From Candidatus Dojkabacteria bacterium (GTDB lineage Bacteria > Patescibacteriota > Dojkabacteria > J137): DNA of 64,000 nt. The stretch lies in the NCBI GenBank assembly GCA_030834985.1, contig JAUQWV010000001.1, positions 120,979 through 184,978 on the forward strand. The letters are read 5' to 3'. Below are positions 28,801 through 37,988 of the stretch, piece by piece. Every line of letters begins with the position of its first letter. Within the stretch, counting starts at the first letter, position 1. The translations under genes and the position numbers were made by a program. The notes under the pieces are model-generated. The model saw nothing but the letters and a program-made list of their open reading frames with translations. It ran no database searches and had not been told where the DNA came from.

Positions 28801-30704
28801 CCTTTATTTCACCTGCTGATGGAGCAGTATTCGGCGACAACGTAAATCTTGAAGGTGCTTCAGTGGATGTTATTACTTGGGTAGATGAAGTTTATTTAGA
28901 ATATAGCGAAGCTAATGCAGATAACTGGATTCTATTTGCTACATTGCCAAATACATTAGTTGCTAATCCATATGAATGGAGTTATTCTTGGTCACCTTTA
29001 ATAGAAGATGGTGTATACGATATTAGAGTAAGGGCAATGGATGCTGCAGGTAATGTTGAAAGCACAGATTATATTTATGATATTATATTTGATACTACTT
29101 CCCCATTAAATGTTCCTGTAATTACAGCGCCTACTGCTGAACAGTATTTCAACTCTATTCCAATACTAAATAAATGGACAGCAGTTGTTGATGAGCTAAG
29201 TGGTACAAACAGATATCAAGTAGCTTATTTATATGATGATGGACACGTGTTCGGCGGCAGTACATGTCCTGGCGTAGAGATTGAGATCAGTGGAGTACCG
29301 ACAGCAGTTAGCGGTTGTAGAGATACCTCAAATTTAGAAAGAAATCATACTCCAACACTTTCTGAACAAGGAGGTATAACAATCTGGGTAAGGGCAATTG
29401 ATAATGCTGAAAACGTAGGTGACTGGAGTGATCCTATCCATTACTATTACGATGCTACTGTGCCTGCTGTTCCAACAAATGGATTGCCACATAATCAGTA
29501 TAAAAATACAAATGATGGTTGGTACTTTACTTGGAGTGACGTTACTGACTCCGGTTCCCCAATTCATTATGAGTTTATAGCTTCTCAAAATAATTCAGTA
29601 GATGAGTATGGGGTTTTAAATTCTGGAGTTTGGTATAACACAAGTAGTAGCCATCCTGAACAGAATCCATTGAATTTACCACAGATACTAACTGTTGGTG
29701 CTGCTGAAGGTCAATGGTTCTGGCAAGTTCGCGCAATTGATGAAGCTGGTAATACCAGTAATTGGAGCGAAGTGTGGAATGTAACTATAGATATGACAGA
29801 TCCTGGTGTTGAAATCACATTACCAACTGATTCTTCACTACTTTCTGGCATTCAAGATATAAGAGGTACGGTACAAGACAGTAATCTTGCAGGTTACTTG
29901 ATTGCAATTCTTGATACTTCTCTTTCATTAATTGATGGCCCAATTATAGTTACTGACGGTATATCATTTATAGATGCACTATTACTTAACTGGGATACTG
30001 AACTGGAAGCTGATGGTGACTATGTGATTGTATTAGCAGCAGCTGACCTAGCATGGAATTGGTCAGTAGACTTTATTACTGTAACCATTGATAATACACC
30101 TCCGGTATTAGTATTAGAACCAACAGTAGTAATTAATGAAGGTCAAGTTCTTGGCGAAGGAGACATTTTGGAAGAAGGAGGGAATCCAGAAGATCTACAA
30201 ATAGTTTGCAATCCAGAGTTAGATTCACTACCTTTATCAGTGGATGAAGACGAGACAATTCCTGTTGAATGTACAATAACAGATGCTGCAGGCAATACTG
30301 CAACTCAAACAGTTATGGTAACAATTCTGGACGTTCCTGAAACACCAGAACAGCCTCAAGAAGAAACACCTAGTACTAACCCAGGAACTAATACTGGTAA
30401 CAACCCTGGAACACAGGCAACAGCTTTAGGAAACGCAGAAGTTTTAGGTGCTGATAACGAAGGTGATGTTGAAGGCAATAATCCCGCAAGCTTCCCTGTG
30501 GATGAAGATGACTTAACATCTGATGATTTAACAACAAGAAGCTCTGGTAATGTACAAGGTCTTGGTGACTCGCAAACTACTGAAGGTGAAGAAACAAATA
30601 CAACTTCACCATTATTGGTAATATGCTTAGTTGCTGGTGCTTTATTATTAATCTTATTATTCTTGTTCTTATTCTTAAGAAGAGATAACGAGGAAACGAA
30701 CTAA
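25899..30704 (+). CDS. giant secreted or cell-surface protein (~1600 aa) with multiple Ig-like/beta-sandwich repeats and a C-terminal hydrophobic anchor
   Basis: Probable GTG start at 25899 gives a signal peptide VKRLTHQLRIGLYLSMLAMYFISPLAPLVAA|DN (ATG at 25944 is an alternative). The body is Thr/Asn/Gly-rich with repeated ...YYYD.T.P... modules. C-terminus is ...TNTTSPLLVICLVAGALLLILLFLFLFLRRDNEETN. Confidence 0.7.
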   Translation: MKRLTHQLRIGLYLSMLAMYFISPLAPLVAADNPPSSYPSVLEQDLTDGTVETPVEEEVPEQETPVTEEELPLTYPTSSPLLEVPSKVVEGKKVTYNNITTGTTYIYDFNSAVTINFAALPEGEWHLNIEEVQVTVDGQTTTGYEFTSNLVDGTFEYAMTLPNPYGTSAVVKYSEDGTTYQELTNEEVVSNVLRFTADHFTVFVVVPDDIVPSNIVSYFHQGWRLTRVGNASIGLTDITTAGATNAFGPDIIGMSRPGGAGTNRSFLGYFDYGRRLNEIEQIKWNRFSNIGNDTYLNIFITNSFGGFGVLGTTATVVVKPSITPGVWQEGVFDSSSTVDLRVGGTTYTLTWSELMSTYGNWFIYNDANILANRQVGGIVFVSGSSSPTAQQEHYYDGVTLDFVGEDPIFYDFVQEVPEQPVIEILTPLSGSYVKGTVNVRARITDSGYGLNPDYIWAKFSDGISPAEFGPTLMTLVPGETDIYQANINTVPNNGLYSVGVDVIDNIGMGRSAKNINVTVDNTRPTLVFNNPSVANQLVGSDFTVSVTATDNTVLNYIAVNLYNATNTTLLGTCGVSPTNLGVSTYTFECNIDVDSLSEGIYTLRAGTFDAAGNNQTTTATFKVDKTAPVLTIKGSVYGNSYTPESIGVGPLSNVFQKVSFKLFDNNLIDKVTVNGVVNDMSNNQWSDANNIIPNNYWGAVEGLNTIVLFDAAGNSTSYDFVLDTTAPATPLGLHYWDPSTSSELACGSIVQPKSIWPRWDANTESDFSHYEYTSFDVTTSAPFWRVGLDEQVLTINEFQHSWVPPMDGIYGYAVRSVDEVGNKSDWALGGTETLEDSCQYTVDRVRPVAPVIVYPDENDAFNVMPILNDWEHEEELLGIDFYRVAYLYDDGHVFGGSTCPGLQLEIDGELKTVSGCRDVTASQRFHVPDTIEEGGVNFKVQAFDLAGNEGEWSEWRHYYYDITQPSSSFISPADGAVFGDNVNLEGASVDVITWVDEVYLEYSEANADNWILFATLPNTLVANPYEWSYSWSPLIEDGVYDIRVRAMDAAGNVESTDYIYDIIFDTTSPLNVPVITAPTAEQYFNSIPILNKWTAVVDELSGTNRYQVAYLYDDGHVFGGSTCPGVEIEISGVPTAVSGCRDTSNLERNHTPTLSEQGGITIWVRAIDNAENVGDWSDPIHYYYDATVPAVPTNGLPHNQYKNTNDGWYFTWSDVTDSGSPIHYEFIASQNNSVDEYGVLNSGVWYNTSSSHPEQNPLNLPQILTVGAAEGQWFWQVRAIDEAGNTSNWSEVWNVTIDMTDPGVEITLPTDSSLLSGIQDIRGTVQDSNLAGYLIAILDTSLSLIDGPIIVTDGISFIDALLLNWDTELEADGDYVIVLAAADLAWNWSVDFITVTIDNTPPVLVLEPTVVINEGQVLGEGDILEEGGNPEDLQIVCNPELDSLPLSVDEDETIPVECTITDAAGNTATQTVMVTILDVPETPEQPQEETPSTNPGTNTGNNPGTQATALGNAEVLGADNEGDVEGNNPASFPVDEDDLTSDDLTTRSSGNVQGLGDSQTTEGEETNTTSPLLVICLVAGALLLILLFLFLFLRRDNEETN
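28440..28798 (+). repeat. internal duplicated module, copy 1 (~120 aa domain)
   Basis: Copies share a 51 nt core with 2 mismatches (28571..28621 vs 29224..29274, gcctatttatatgatgatggacacgtattcggcggcagtacatgtcctggc) and the protein motif AYLYDDGHVFGGSTCPG...VSGCRD. Confidence 0.7.
29109..29475 (+). repeat. internal duplicated module, copy 2
   Basis: See copy 1; the two copies are separated by one unrelated Ig-like domain. Confidence 0.7.
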
Positions 30705-30730
30705 GAAAATAAGCTGATATTGATTGAAAA

Positions 30731-30758
30731 AGCCCCCCGATTATATCGGGGGGCTTCA
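30731..30758. terminator. bidirectional hairpin terminator (agccccccgat-tat-atcggggggct) between convergent genes
   Basis: 11 bp perfect stem with A/T tracts on both sides. Confidence 0.55.
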
Positions 30759-30780
30759 TTTACTTTATTTAAATTTATAT

Positions 30781-33700
30781 TTAAGAGAATAACGCGCAGT
30801 ATTCACACTGGCCGCATCTTGGATAATCATCACTTCCGAATTCAAGTTTACGAACTCTAGTGACTATATCGTTGATCTTATCTTTTACAATAGCAATGTC
30901 ATCTTCTGAGATTTGATAATTTACTTTTTTAAACACATTTTTGTCTTTATCTGGCTTTAAAAAGTCTACTTGCACCTCTGATACTATATATTTATCTAGC
31001 TTACCTTTTGGCTTAAAGCTTCTGTCAAGGTCTGTTAAAAGTTTATAGAAAATGAGTTGTCTATAAATATTACCTTTAGAATCTTTTGTAGTGCCTTTTA
31101 TTTGCCCCTCTGTTTTAGGTTCCGATGTTTTATAGTCTACCAATCTTACCTGATTGTTTTCCTTATCTAACCATTCAACTTTATCTATCTTGCCGGTTAA
31201 TTCGATTGGATCTTGATTAGGTAATTCTAGAAATATTCCTTTACTAAAGAACCCGTATTCTACATCTGCTGGTACCTCTATTAGGTCTTTATATTGTGTA
31301 AAATAATTTTTTAGGATCTTCAAACCCTCATCTTTGATTTGTTTGTATTCATCTTCATTTAGTAATTGTCTATCTAAGCTTACTAAGAACATTGCGTTTA
31401 CAAAGCTTATGTCTTTCTGCTGACTCTTAATTAGATTTCTAAAGTATTGCTCAAAGGCATAGTGAATTGCGGTACCCAATATCAAATTGCTATTAGATCC
31501 TTTAGGTGTTTTAATTAGACAGTTGAATTTAAATTTTAAGGGGCATTCTATATACTCATTTAAGGCAGATGCGCTTAATCTGAAGTCTTTAACCAAAGAC
31601 TTCAAATATTCTTCTTCTGTAATAGAATATGGAGCTAAAATATTGGTATTCAAGTCCTTAACGGTATTAATTTCTATAGTTGGAGTTGCATAATCATCGT
31701 GGAATTCAATATATTTTTTATCAAGCTCTGATAAAAATATACTTGGTGAGACCTCCTTTGTAGAGTTACCAGATGGATAAACCTTGGAGTAAGTAATATA
31801 GACCTTTTCACGGGCCCTTGTTAATGCAACAAAGAAAAGCCTACGCTCATCTTCCATATCATCAATGTCGATTTTTTCGGTATCATCTTCTTTTGTTAAA
31901 TCGTAAATGTCAGGAATAAGTTTTAACTTGTCTGCTACCCGGCTATTTCCCCAGTTCTTATCGTAAAACTTAACTATAAATACATATTTATATTCTAAAC
32001 CTTTAGATTTATGTGCAGTCATAAGGTTTACGCCTTCTTTTTCTAGAATAATATCACTTTCTTGTATGCTTAGTTTATTAGCTTCTAGCAAAGTTATATC
32101 TTCCAAAACTTCTGACAAAGTCAGATTTTTATTTTGTAAGTTTAGATTTTTAACATAATCAAAAAACGATTGTATTGAGTTTATTATTTCAAGATTGTTT
32201 TCTTTTATGAAATAGTCAAGGTATCCACTATCGTTGGCTACTTTAATTAAAAAGTTATAAAAATTATAATTTGCAGAATCTGCTTTCCAGTTAATGATAT
32301 TATTGGCTAGTTCAACAATTTTGGATTTATGTTCAATATGTGCTTCATCCAGCGCAGCTTCGTCTAACATTAAATCTATAATTGAAATTTTTTTATCTGC
32401 CGCTGCTCTAGTTAATTTAAATGCATCTAATCTATTTATACCTAAAAAGTTATAGAACATTATTGTGAATAAAAGCTTATCTCGATTTTTATCTGTAAAA
32501 TCAACGACTTTTAAAAGGTTAATAAGCTGCAGTATTTCCTGCTGATCTAAAGAGTTTTTACCAGCAGCGAGTTTGATAGGAACACCATTGTTAATAAGGT
32601 CTAGGGCAAGATCGCTGCCGTCAGCATGTCTTTTATAAAATACAGCAATATCGTTATAACTAATACCGTTTGCAGCAAGCTCTTTGATCTTTTGTATAAT
32701 AAAGTTATTTTCGTGCTGATAGTGCTCAAATTCGTAAACTTCAGCTAGATGGTTGGGAATACTCAATCCTGCTTTTAATCTTTTATCTACTCCTTTTAAA
32801 ATCTTATTGAGTCTTGCTTTATTGTTATCTATTAAGCTAGAAGACAAATCTAAAATATGCTGTGAAGATCTGTAGTTTGTAGTTAAAGAAATTGTAGTTA
32901 CATTCTCAAACTGTTTTTCAAAAAAAAGCAGATTTTCAACATTTGCACCCTGGAATCTGTAAATCGCTTGATCATCGTCTCCTACTGCAAAGATATTAGG
33001 GCTCTTATCAAAGGCAAAAAGCTTTAATAATTCGTTTTGAGAACCATTTGTATCCTGGTATTCATCAACTAAAATATATAAAAACTGCTCTTGGTATTCA
33101 GCTAAAAGCTCATCATCTTTTTTAAACTTATCTATTACAAATAAAATCATATCTTCGTAATCGTAAAAACCTTTTTCTAAAAGTACTTCGCTATATTTTT
33201 TATAAACCATTGCAAGTTCTAGGTTTTTTTTGTAAAGCTTAAGTTTATCTGTATAGTCTTTTTTAGGCTTACCTGTTCTTGAATTGATGTCTGGATTAGC
33301 TTCTAAATCTGCAATAGTTTCTTTACAAATATTTTCCAAAGTTTCGGCAGAAACGCCCTCACGCTTTAATGCCTGAATATTATCTAAAATATTTTTTTGA
33401 TATGTGTATTTATCGTAAAAGGGCACAATTGTAAGTTCTTGTTCGCTTGAAAGTTCATCTAAAATGAGCCTAATGATTTTGATTCTATTAAGGTCATCTA
33501 GTTGTGTTAATTCTTTTGCAAAGGAAAAGTTTTCGGGGTGAGATAATATTACTTCGTTGCAGAAGCTGTGAAAGGTATGAATTCGTACATACAAAGCTTC
33601 CTTACCTATCAGTTTTAAAAGTCTTTTACGCATTGCTGCTACTCCTGACTCTGTAAATGTTAAGCAAAGAATGTTATTTGCAGCAGCGTCAGTTGTGCTT

Positions 33701-33846
33701 AGAATATTAGCAATCCTAAACGATAATACCTGTGTTTTACCAGTTCCAGGCCCTGCAACTACAAGTACAGGACCTTCTATAGCGTTAACTGCTTCCTGCT
33801 GTGAGGGATTTAGCTTTAGTATCTCTGACTCAAGATTTGCATTCAT
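30781..33846 (-). CDS. UvrD/PcrA-family SF1A helicase fused to a C-terminal PD-(D/E)xK nuclease with Cas4/AddB-like cysteine cluster
   Basis: N-terminal VVAGPGTGKTQVL (Walker A), ILVDEYQDTN (motif II), helicase motifs through ~aa 700. C-terminal VDYKTSEPK...YRQLIFYKLL and CGQCEYC with an earlier Cys (YIECPLKF). Confidence 0.75.
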   Translation of the reverse strand: MNANLESEILKLNPSQQEAVNAIEGPVLVVAGPGTGKTQVLSFRIANILSTTDAAANNILCLTFTESGVAAMRKRLLKLIGKEALYVRIHTFHSFCNEVILSHPENFSFAKELTQLDDLNRIKIIRLILDELSSEQELTIVPFYDKYTYQKNILDNIQALKREGVSAETLENICKETIADLEANPDINSRTGKPKKDYTDKLKLYKKNLELAMVYKKYSEVLLEKGFYDYEDMILFVIDKFKKDDELLAEYQEQFLYILVDEYQDTNGSQNELLKLFAFDKSPNIFAVGDDDQAIYRFQGANVENLLFFEKQFENVTTISLTTNYRSSQHILDLSSSLIDNNKARLNKILKGVDKRLKAGLSIPNHLAEVYEFEHYQHENNFIIQKIKELAANGISYNDIAVFYKRHADGSDLALDLINNGVPIKLAAGKNSLDQQEILQLINLLKVVDFTDKNRDKLLFTIMFYNFLGINRLDAFKLTRAAADKKISIIDLMLDEAALDEAHIEHKSKIVELANNIINWKADSANYNFYNFLIKVANDSGYLDYFIKENNLEIINSIQSFFDYVKNLNLQNKNLTLSEVLEDITLLEANKLSIQESDIILEKEGVNLMTAHKSKGLEYKYVFIVKFYDKNWGNSRVADKLKLIPDIYDLTKEDDTEKIDIDDMEDERRLFFVALTRAREKVYITYSKVYPSGNSTKEVSPSIFLSELDKKYIEFHDDYATPTIEINTVKDLNTNILAPYSITEEEYLKSLVKDFRLSASALNEYIECPLKFKFNCLIKTPKGSNSNLILGTAIHYAFEQYFRNLIKSQQKDISFVNAMFLVSLDRQLLNEDEYKQIKDEGLKILKNYFTQYKDLIEVPADVEYGFFSKGIFLELPNQDPIELTGKIDKVEWLDKENNQVRLVDYKTSEPKTEGQIKGTTKDSKGNIYRQLIFYKLLTDLDRSFKPKGKLDKYIVSEVQVDFLKPDKDKNVFKKVNYQISEDDIAIVKDKINDIVTRVRKLEFGSDDYPRCGQCEYCALFS

Positions 33847-33876
33847 ATTAGAAGATTACCACGAGTATACCCAAAA

Positions 33877-35634
33877 TTGGTACAATTTAATAAGATGAAA
33901 ATTAAACTTGCTAAACTAGATAATAAAGAATTTAGAGCTTTTGGGATTCTAGCAGTGCTAATGCTTTTAATTGCTTTTATTAATGGTACGCCTTTTCTTT
34001 TTGGAGATTCTTTCGGTTACTTTCATGTAGGTAAAGTTTTTACAACGCAAGGAGTTTACCCTTCATCTGATGTTCCTGATTATTACCCATATACCGGTCA
34101 TGCTGTTGGCTATTTTAATGAAGAATATATAACACCCTATAGTGTTGGCCAGGGAATATTGTGGATTCCTTTTTTATTTGTTTCTTCGATATTTGATAAT
34201 GGCACAGTATTCGATAACTATTACAAAGCTTTTAATGGACATTCCTTGGCAGATGGATTAGCTGTATTACTTGCAGCCTGTACAGCAAGTTATTTAGGAA
34301 TAATATTTACTTATTTATTTTTAAAAGAGTTAGGATTCTCTAAAAGACGTTCTTTTTTTGTTACTTTAATGGTCTTTTTGTCATTATATTTGATTAGCTA
34401 CACGTTTGAGCAGCCCGGATACAGTCACGTGTATGAATTTTTTGCCTACTCCGGGCTGCTTTATTCTCTACTCAAATGCTTATCTACTAAAAGAGCGTTG
34501 TTCTTATACATTGCATCCATATTTGCAGGCCTGCTTGTTCTGATAAGAGTTGTTGATGTTGTGCTTATAATTCCAATATTAGCTCTTGCTGTTTACAGAA
34601 TTAGAAGTAAAAGACCGCTTTTAATAAGCGCTGTTATTTTGACAGTATTTGCTTTGATTTTCTTACTATATAACTATCTTTCTTACGGTAATGCGTTTAC
34701 AGTGGGTTATAACCTATCTTCAAATCAATCAGGAATTTCATTAGGAATAAATATTTTTAATCTGTTATTTTCAGATACTAGAGGATTATTTATTTGGTCA
34801 CCATTAATATTATTATCTGTTATAGGATTAGTATGGTATAGCTTAAAATCGAAAACAGCTATATTAATATTCCTGCTACCGTCAATCCTTCTTTTAGCTG
34901 TATACAATTTTTGGAGTAATTGGTGGGCAGGTGTATCGGCAGGTCAAAGGTTTTTTATTGTTTTGACTCCTTTATTTGCGCTTGGAATTGCTTATCTTTT
35001 AGAAAAAATTAAATATAAATCTGTTATTAAAGCTGCCGTTTTAATAACAACTTTCTATTCTTTAATTGTTGGTGTTTTGTATAGAGTTACACCAATTTTG
35101 AGTGTAGCAAATGACTTCCGTTTACCGGAACCAAGCAGAACAACACCGGCTGAGGAAGACTATAGGGTAAGTGATTTGTTTAGATATCATTATAGATTAC
35201 TAACACAAAGTGGCGGAGTTCAGAATTACTTAAACAACCTAACAGGAAGCCTAAATGGGGGCCGTAGTTTAATACTGTTGACATTAGGCGCAACAGATCC
35301 TTTAGTAAAAGTTGAAGCTATTTCGTCACAGGAATATAGAGTGCATTTTATACCTTCAAATACTCAAAAAAATATAACAACAAATACATTTGTTGTATTT
35401 GCCTCTGATAACATAGTAAAAAGTTATGTAATCCCAAATATGAATTATAAGTACTATTCTGTTATAGCAATAAAGTGTGATGCGCAACTAAATTGTAATT
35501 CTTCGGATATTGATTTGGTAAAAGCTCAAACTGACATTACAGAATTAGAGCTGATAAATGTGTCCTATAATATAAAAATGTATATTTATGGTGAAAGTAC
35601 TAAGCTTAATTTTATTAACCGTAAGTTGAAGTAA
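33877..35634 (+). CDS. polytopic membrane protein (585 aa), possibly a GT-C-fold glycosyltransferase
   Basis: At least 10 predicted TM helices; an acidic motif FGDSFGYF in the first extracytoplasmic loop; large C-terminal soluble domain. The family assignment is weak. Confidence 0.35.
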   Translation: MVQFNKMKIKLAKLDNKEFRAFGILAVLMLLIAFINGTPFLFGDSFGYFHVGKVFTTQGVYPSSDVPDYYPYTGHAVGYFNEEYITPYSVGQGILWIPFLFVSSIFDNGTVFDNYYKAFNGHSLADGLAVLLAACTASYLGIIFTYLFLKELGFSKRRSFFVTLMVFLSLYLISYTFEQPGYSHVYEFFAYSGLLYSLLKCLSTKRALFLYIASIFAGLLVLIRVVDVVLIIPILALAVYRIRSKRPLLISAVILTVFALIFLLYNYLSYGNAFTVGYNLSSNQSGISLGINIFNLLFSDTRGLFIWSPLILLSVIGLVWYSLKSKTAILIFLLPSILLLAVYNFWSNWWAGVSAGQRFFIVLTPLFALGIAYLLEKIKYKSVIKAAVLITTFYSLIVGVLYRVTPILSVANDFRLPEPSRTTPAEEDYRVSDLFRYHYRLLTQSGGVQNYLNNLTGSLNGGRSLILLTLGATDPLVKVEAISSQEYRVHFIPSNTQKNITTNTFVVFASDNIVKSYVIPNMNYKYYSVIAIKCDAQLNCNSSDIDLVKAQTDITELELINVSYNIKMYIYGESTKLNFINRKLK

Positions 35635-35636
35635 GG

Positions 35637-35942
35637 TTAGCTTGCCCCATCCCAGTAATACTTTTTTAAATCAACGATCTTTTCCTGTGAGAATTTGATG
35701 CCGTCAGCAAGCAGTCTTATTTTTTGCTCCTGCCACCCTCCAAGTGAAAATTTTTCTGCAAGTTTTCCTTCTTTATTAACAACTCTATGGCACGGAATAT
35801 TTTTATCTTGATTACCCCAAATAGCCCATCCAACTTGTCTGGCATCATTTATACCTGCTAACTTAGCAACTGTACCGTATGTTGTAACTTTCCCGGCTGG
35901 AATTCTTTTTACAATCTGTTTAATTTTTTCAAAATTATTCAT
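35637..35942 (-). CDS. MGMT-family DNA-binding/alkyltransferase domain protein (stand-alone C-terminal domain, active-site Cys present)
   Basis: PCHRVV active-site motif (NIPCHRVVN) plus a helix-turn-helix region TYGTVAKLAG; 101 aa. Confidence 0.7.
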   Translation of the reverse strand: MNNFEKIKQIVKRIPAGKVTTYGTVAKLAGINDARQVGWAIWGNQDKNIPCHRVVNKEGKLAEKFSLGGWQEQKIRLLADGIKFSQEKIVDLKKYYWDGAS

Positions 35943-36715
35943 AAAACTGGCGGTAAAGGATTTTCGACCTTTTGAATAAACATTTCTAGTTTATCACTAA
36001 ATTCATTTAAGCGGCTTATTTCTATTACTCTTGTTAAATCAATACTTTCGTATCCTATAGCGTGCACACCCCAATTATTTGTAAGTTTTAGATAAACGGC
36101 AAGGGCGCCAAGCTCTGTTGCTGGTATTATATCTGATCCTACATTGTCACCAAAGACTAACGTTCTTTCTGCTGGGATCCCGCCTGCAGCTATAGCGTTT
36201 TGCCAGTGCTCTTTAGTTTTTTTTACATCAGGTTGTACTACCCAAACCGTAGAAGGATCAAAATAATTGGTAAGGCCAGATTGTTCTAGTTTAAATTTAG
36301 TCCATTCATCCGAGGCGTTTGTGACAATACCAATTGGTATCCCTGCTTCTATTAATGTTAAGACCAGCTCTAGAGCACCTTCTTTAAGTACTATTGGTTT
36401 TGTATAAAGTTCTTGCATTATAGTCTGTACAAACTCTTGCTGAAGTTCTGCATCTAAAACTGGATATCTTAAACCTAAGTTTTCTAAAGTGAGTGTCCAG
36501 AGCGGTAAAGGATTTACATGATGTAATTTTCGAGACTCTAATTGGCACTCCTCAAAGTCTCTTTCTAATTGCTCCAGTGACACATTAAGCAGAACGGCAA
36601 TTCTTTGCCTAATTGATCCCAAAACTTCTATAAAAACATTATGAGTTTCTAAAAGTGTATCATCTAAGTCAAATAGAACTCGCTGAATACCTAGTCTGGT
36701 AAATGAATCTTGCAT
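35939..36715 (-). CDS. HAD-superfamily hydrolase (subfamily IA-like)
   Basis: VLFDLDDTLL (motif I), GIVTNASD (motif II region), VFGDNVGSDI (motif IV). Confidence 0.7.
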   Translation of the reverse strand: MQDSFTRLGIQRVLFDLDDTLLETHNVFIEVLGSIRQRIAVLLNVSLEQLERDFEECQLESRKLHHVNPLPLWTLTLENLGLRYPVLDAELQQEFVQTIMQELYTKPIVLKEGALELVLTLIEAGIPIGIVTNASDEWTKFKLEQSGLTNYFDPSTVWVVQPDVKKTKEHWQNAIAAGGIPAERTLVFGDNVGSDIIPATELGALAVYLKLTNNWGVHAIGYESIDLTRVIEISRLNEFSDKLEMFIQKVENPLPPVL

Positions 36716-36746
36716 ATTAGCTATTTAATCATAATATTTTAGCAAA

Positions 36747-36819
36747 AGCTGGAGCCGAGAATCGAACTCGGGACATTCGGTTTACGATACCGATGTTCTA
36801 CCAACTGAACTACTCCAGC
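36747..36819 (-). tRNA. tRNA-Thr (CGT), no encoded CCA
   Basis: Minus strand: GCTGGAG-TA-GTTC-AGTTGGTA-GAAC-A-TCGGT-ATCGTAA-ACCGA-ATGTC-CCGAG-TTCGATT-CTCGG-CTCCAGC-T. Confidence 0.8.
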
Positions 36820-36939
36820 TTAAATAGTCAAGTTGGGTAATTATATCAGAAATTATTCTATACTTTCTCTTTGACAATATTCACACTTTGCTAGTATTAT
36901 TTTTCGTATCACTTAAGTAAAAATTTAATTGTTTTCACT

Positions 36940-37983
36940 ATGTTTACTCCAAATTTTAATTATACCGATAAACTTGTTTCGTCCCTTGTAAAGCTTGAAT
37001 CTTTAAGAACTTATTTAGGCTCACTTGATTTGTCTTATCCTATAAGGCATAAGCTTTCAATGAACGCTAAAGCTCAAGATATCTTTCATTTTGGGCATAT
37101 TTTAGGCTTAGATATGACACTAAAGGATGCCGAAAAAATAGCAGGCGGACTAAGACTAGATTCTTTTAAAGACCAAAATGCATATATATTAAGTAACTTT
37201 AGAAATGCCCTTGAATTTAACCGTTCTAATATAGCAGATACATATTCTGAGCTAGATTTTACTGTTTTATTACATGTTAATAAGCTAATAACTTCAAGCT
37301 GGCGTGAAAGTTGGGATGCCAGATTTAGAAGTGTTAGCGATGAATTTATAGATAAAGATGAATGGTCAACATTACGCGATGAATCTATTGATGGAGCTCA
37401 AGTACAAAATCAAATGATTGAACTTGTAGAATGGTATAAATCGGCCGCCCCATCTATTACGCCAATTGTAAGGATTGGAGTTACTTTATTTAGAATGTTT
37501 GAAGTTGCACCATATTTTGCTGGAAATACTTTAAGCATTATCGGATTAGCAGACTATTTACTTGTAAAAAATGGTTTTGCTGGAAAAGTTTATTCCTCTT
37601 TTGTTAGGAATTTAGATATAAACGGCAGTGAGTATAAAGAAGCTTTTGCTGCTTCAAAAAAAGCAAATGACCTAACTTTCTGGTTAGAAACCTTGACACA
37701 AAATTTAATAAAAGAGCTTACAGAGATTAAAGAGAATTTAGGTAAGTTTACTGAAGATGAAGAAAAATCTAAAAATCAGCCATTCTTAGATTTGAATAAA
37801 CGACAACTAAAAGTTTTAAGATATTTGCAAAGTGTTCCAATGATTAAAAGAGAAGATTATTGTCATATGATGGAAGTTTCAACAATGACAGCTTTTAGAG
37901 ACTTAAACGACCTAGTTCGAAAAAAACTATTAAAAGTGGAAGGTAAAGGTCGAGGAACTAAATATAGATTATCTAGCATGTAA
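36940..37983 (+). CDS. Fic-fold-like protein with degenerate active-site motif and C-terminal winged-helix domain
   Basis: VAPYFAGNTLSIIGLADYLLVKNGF occupies the position of the Fic motif HPFx(D/E)GNGRxxRLL, with H, D and R all replaced. C-terminal LKVLRYLQSVPMIKREDYCHMMEVSTMTAFRDLNDLV looks like a wHTH. Confidence 0.4.
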   Translation: MFTPNFNYTDKLVSSLVKLESLRTYLGSLDLSYPIRHKLSMNAKAQDIFHFGHILGLDMTLKDAEKIAGGLRLDSFKDQNAYILSNFRNALEFNRSNIADTYSELDFTVLLHVNKLITSSWRESWDARFRSVSDEFIDKDEWSTLRDESIDGAQVQNQMIELVEWYKSAAPSITPIVRIGVTLFRMFEVAPYFAGNTLSIIGLADYLLVKNGFAGKVYSSFVRNLDINGSEYKEAFAASKKANDLTFWLETLTQNLIKELTEIKENLGKFTEDEEKSKNQPFLDLNKRQLKVLRYLQSVPMIKREDYCHMMEVSTMTAFRDLNDLVRKKLLKVEGKGRGTKYRLSSM

Positions 37984-37988
37984 TTAAT

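Noticed and set aside
25899-30704. LPXTG-type sortase signal in the giant surface protein
   Set aside because: I searched the C-terminal 60 residues by eye and found no LPXTG, LAXTG or NPQTN pentapeptide before the hydrophobic tail, so a canonical sortase-substrate call is not supported.
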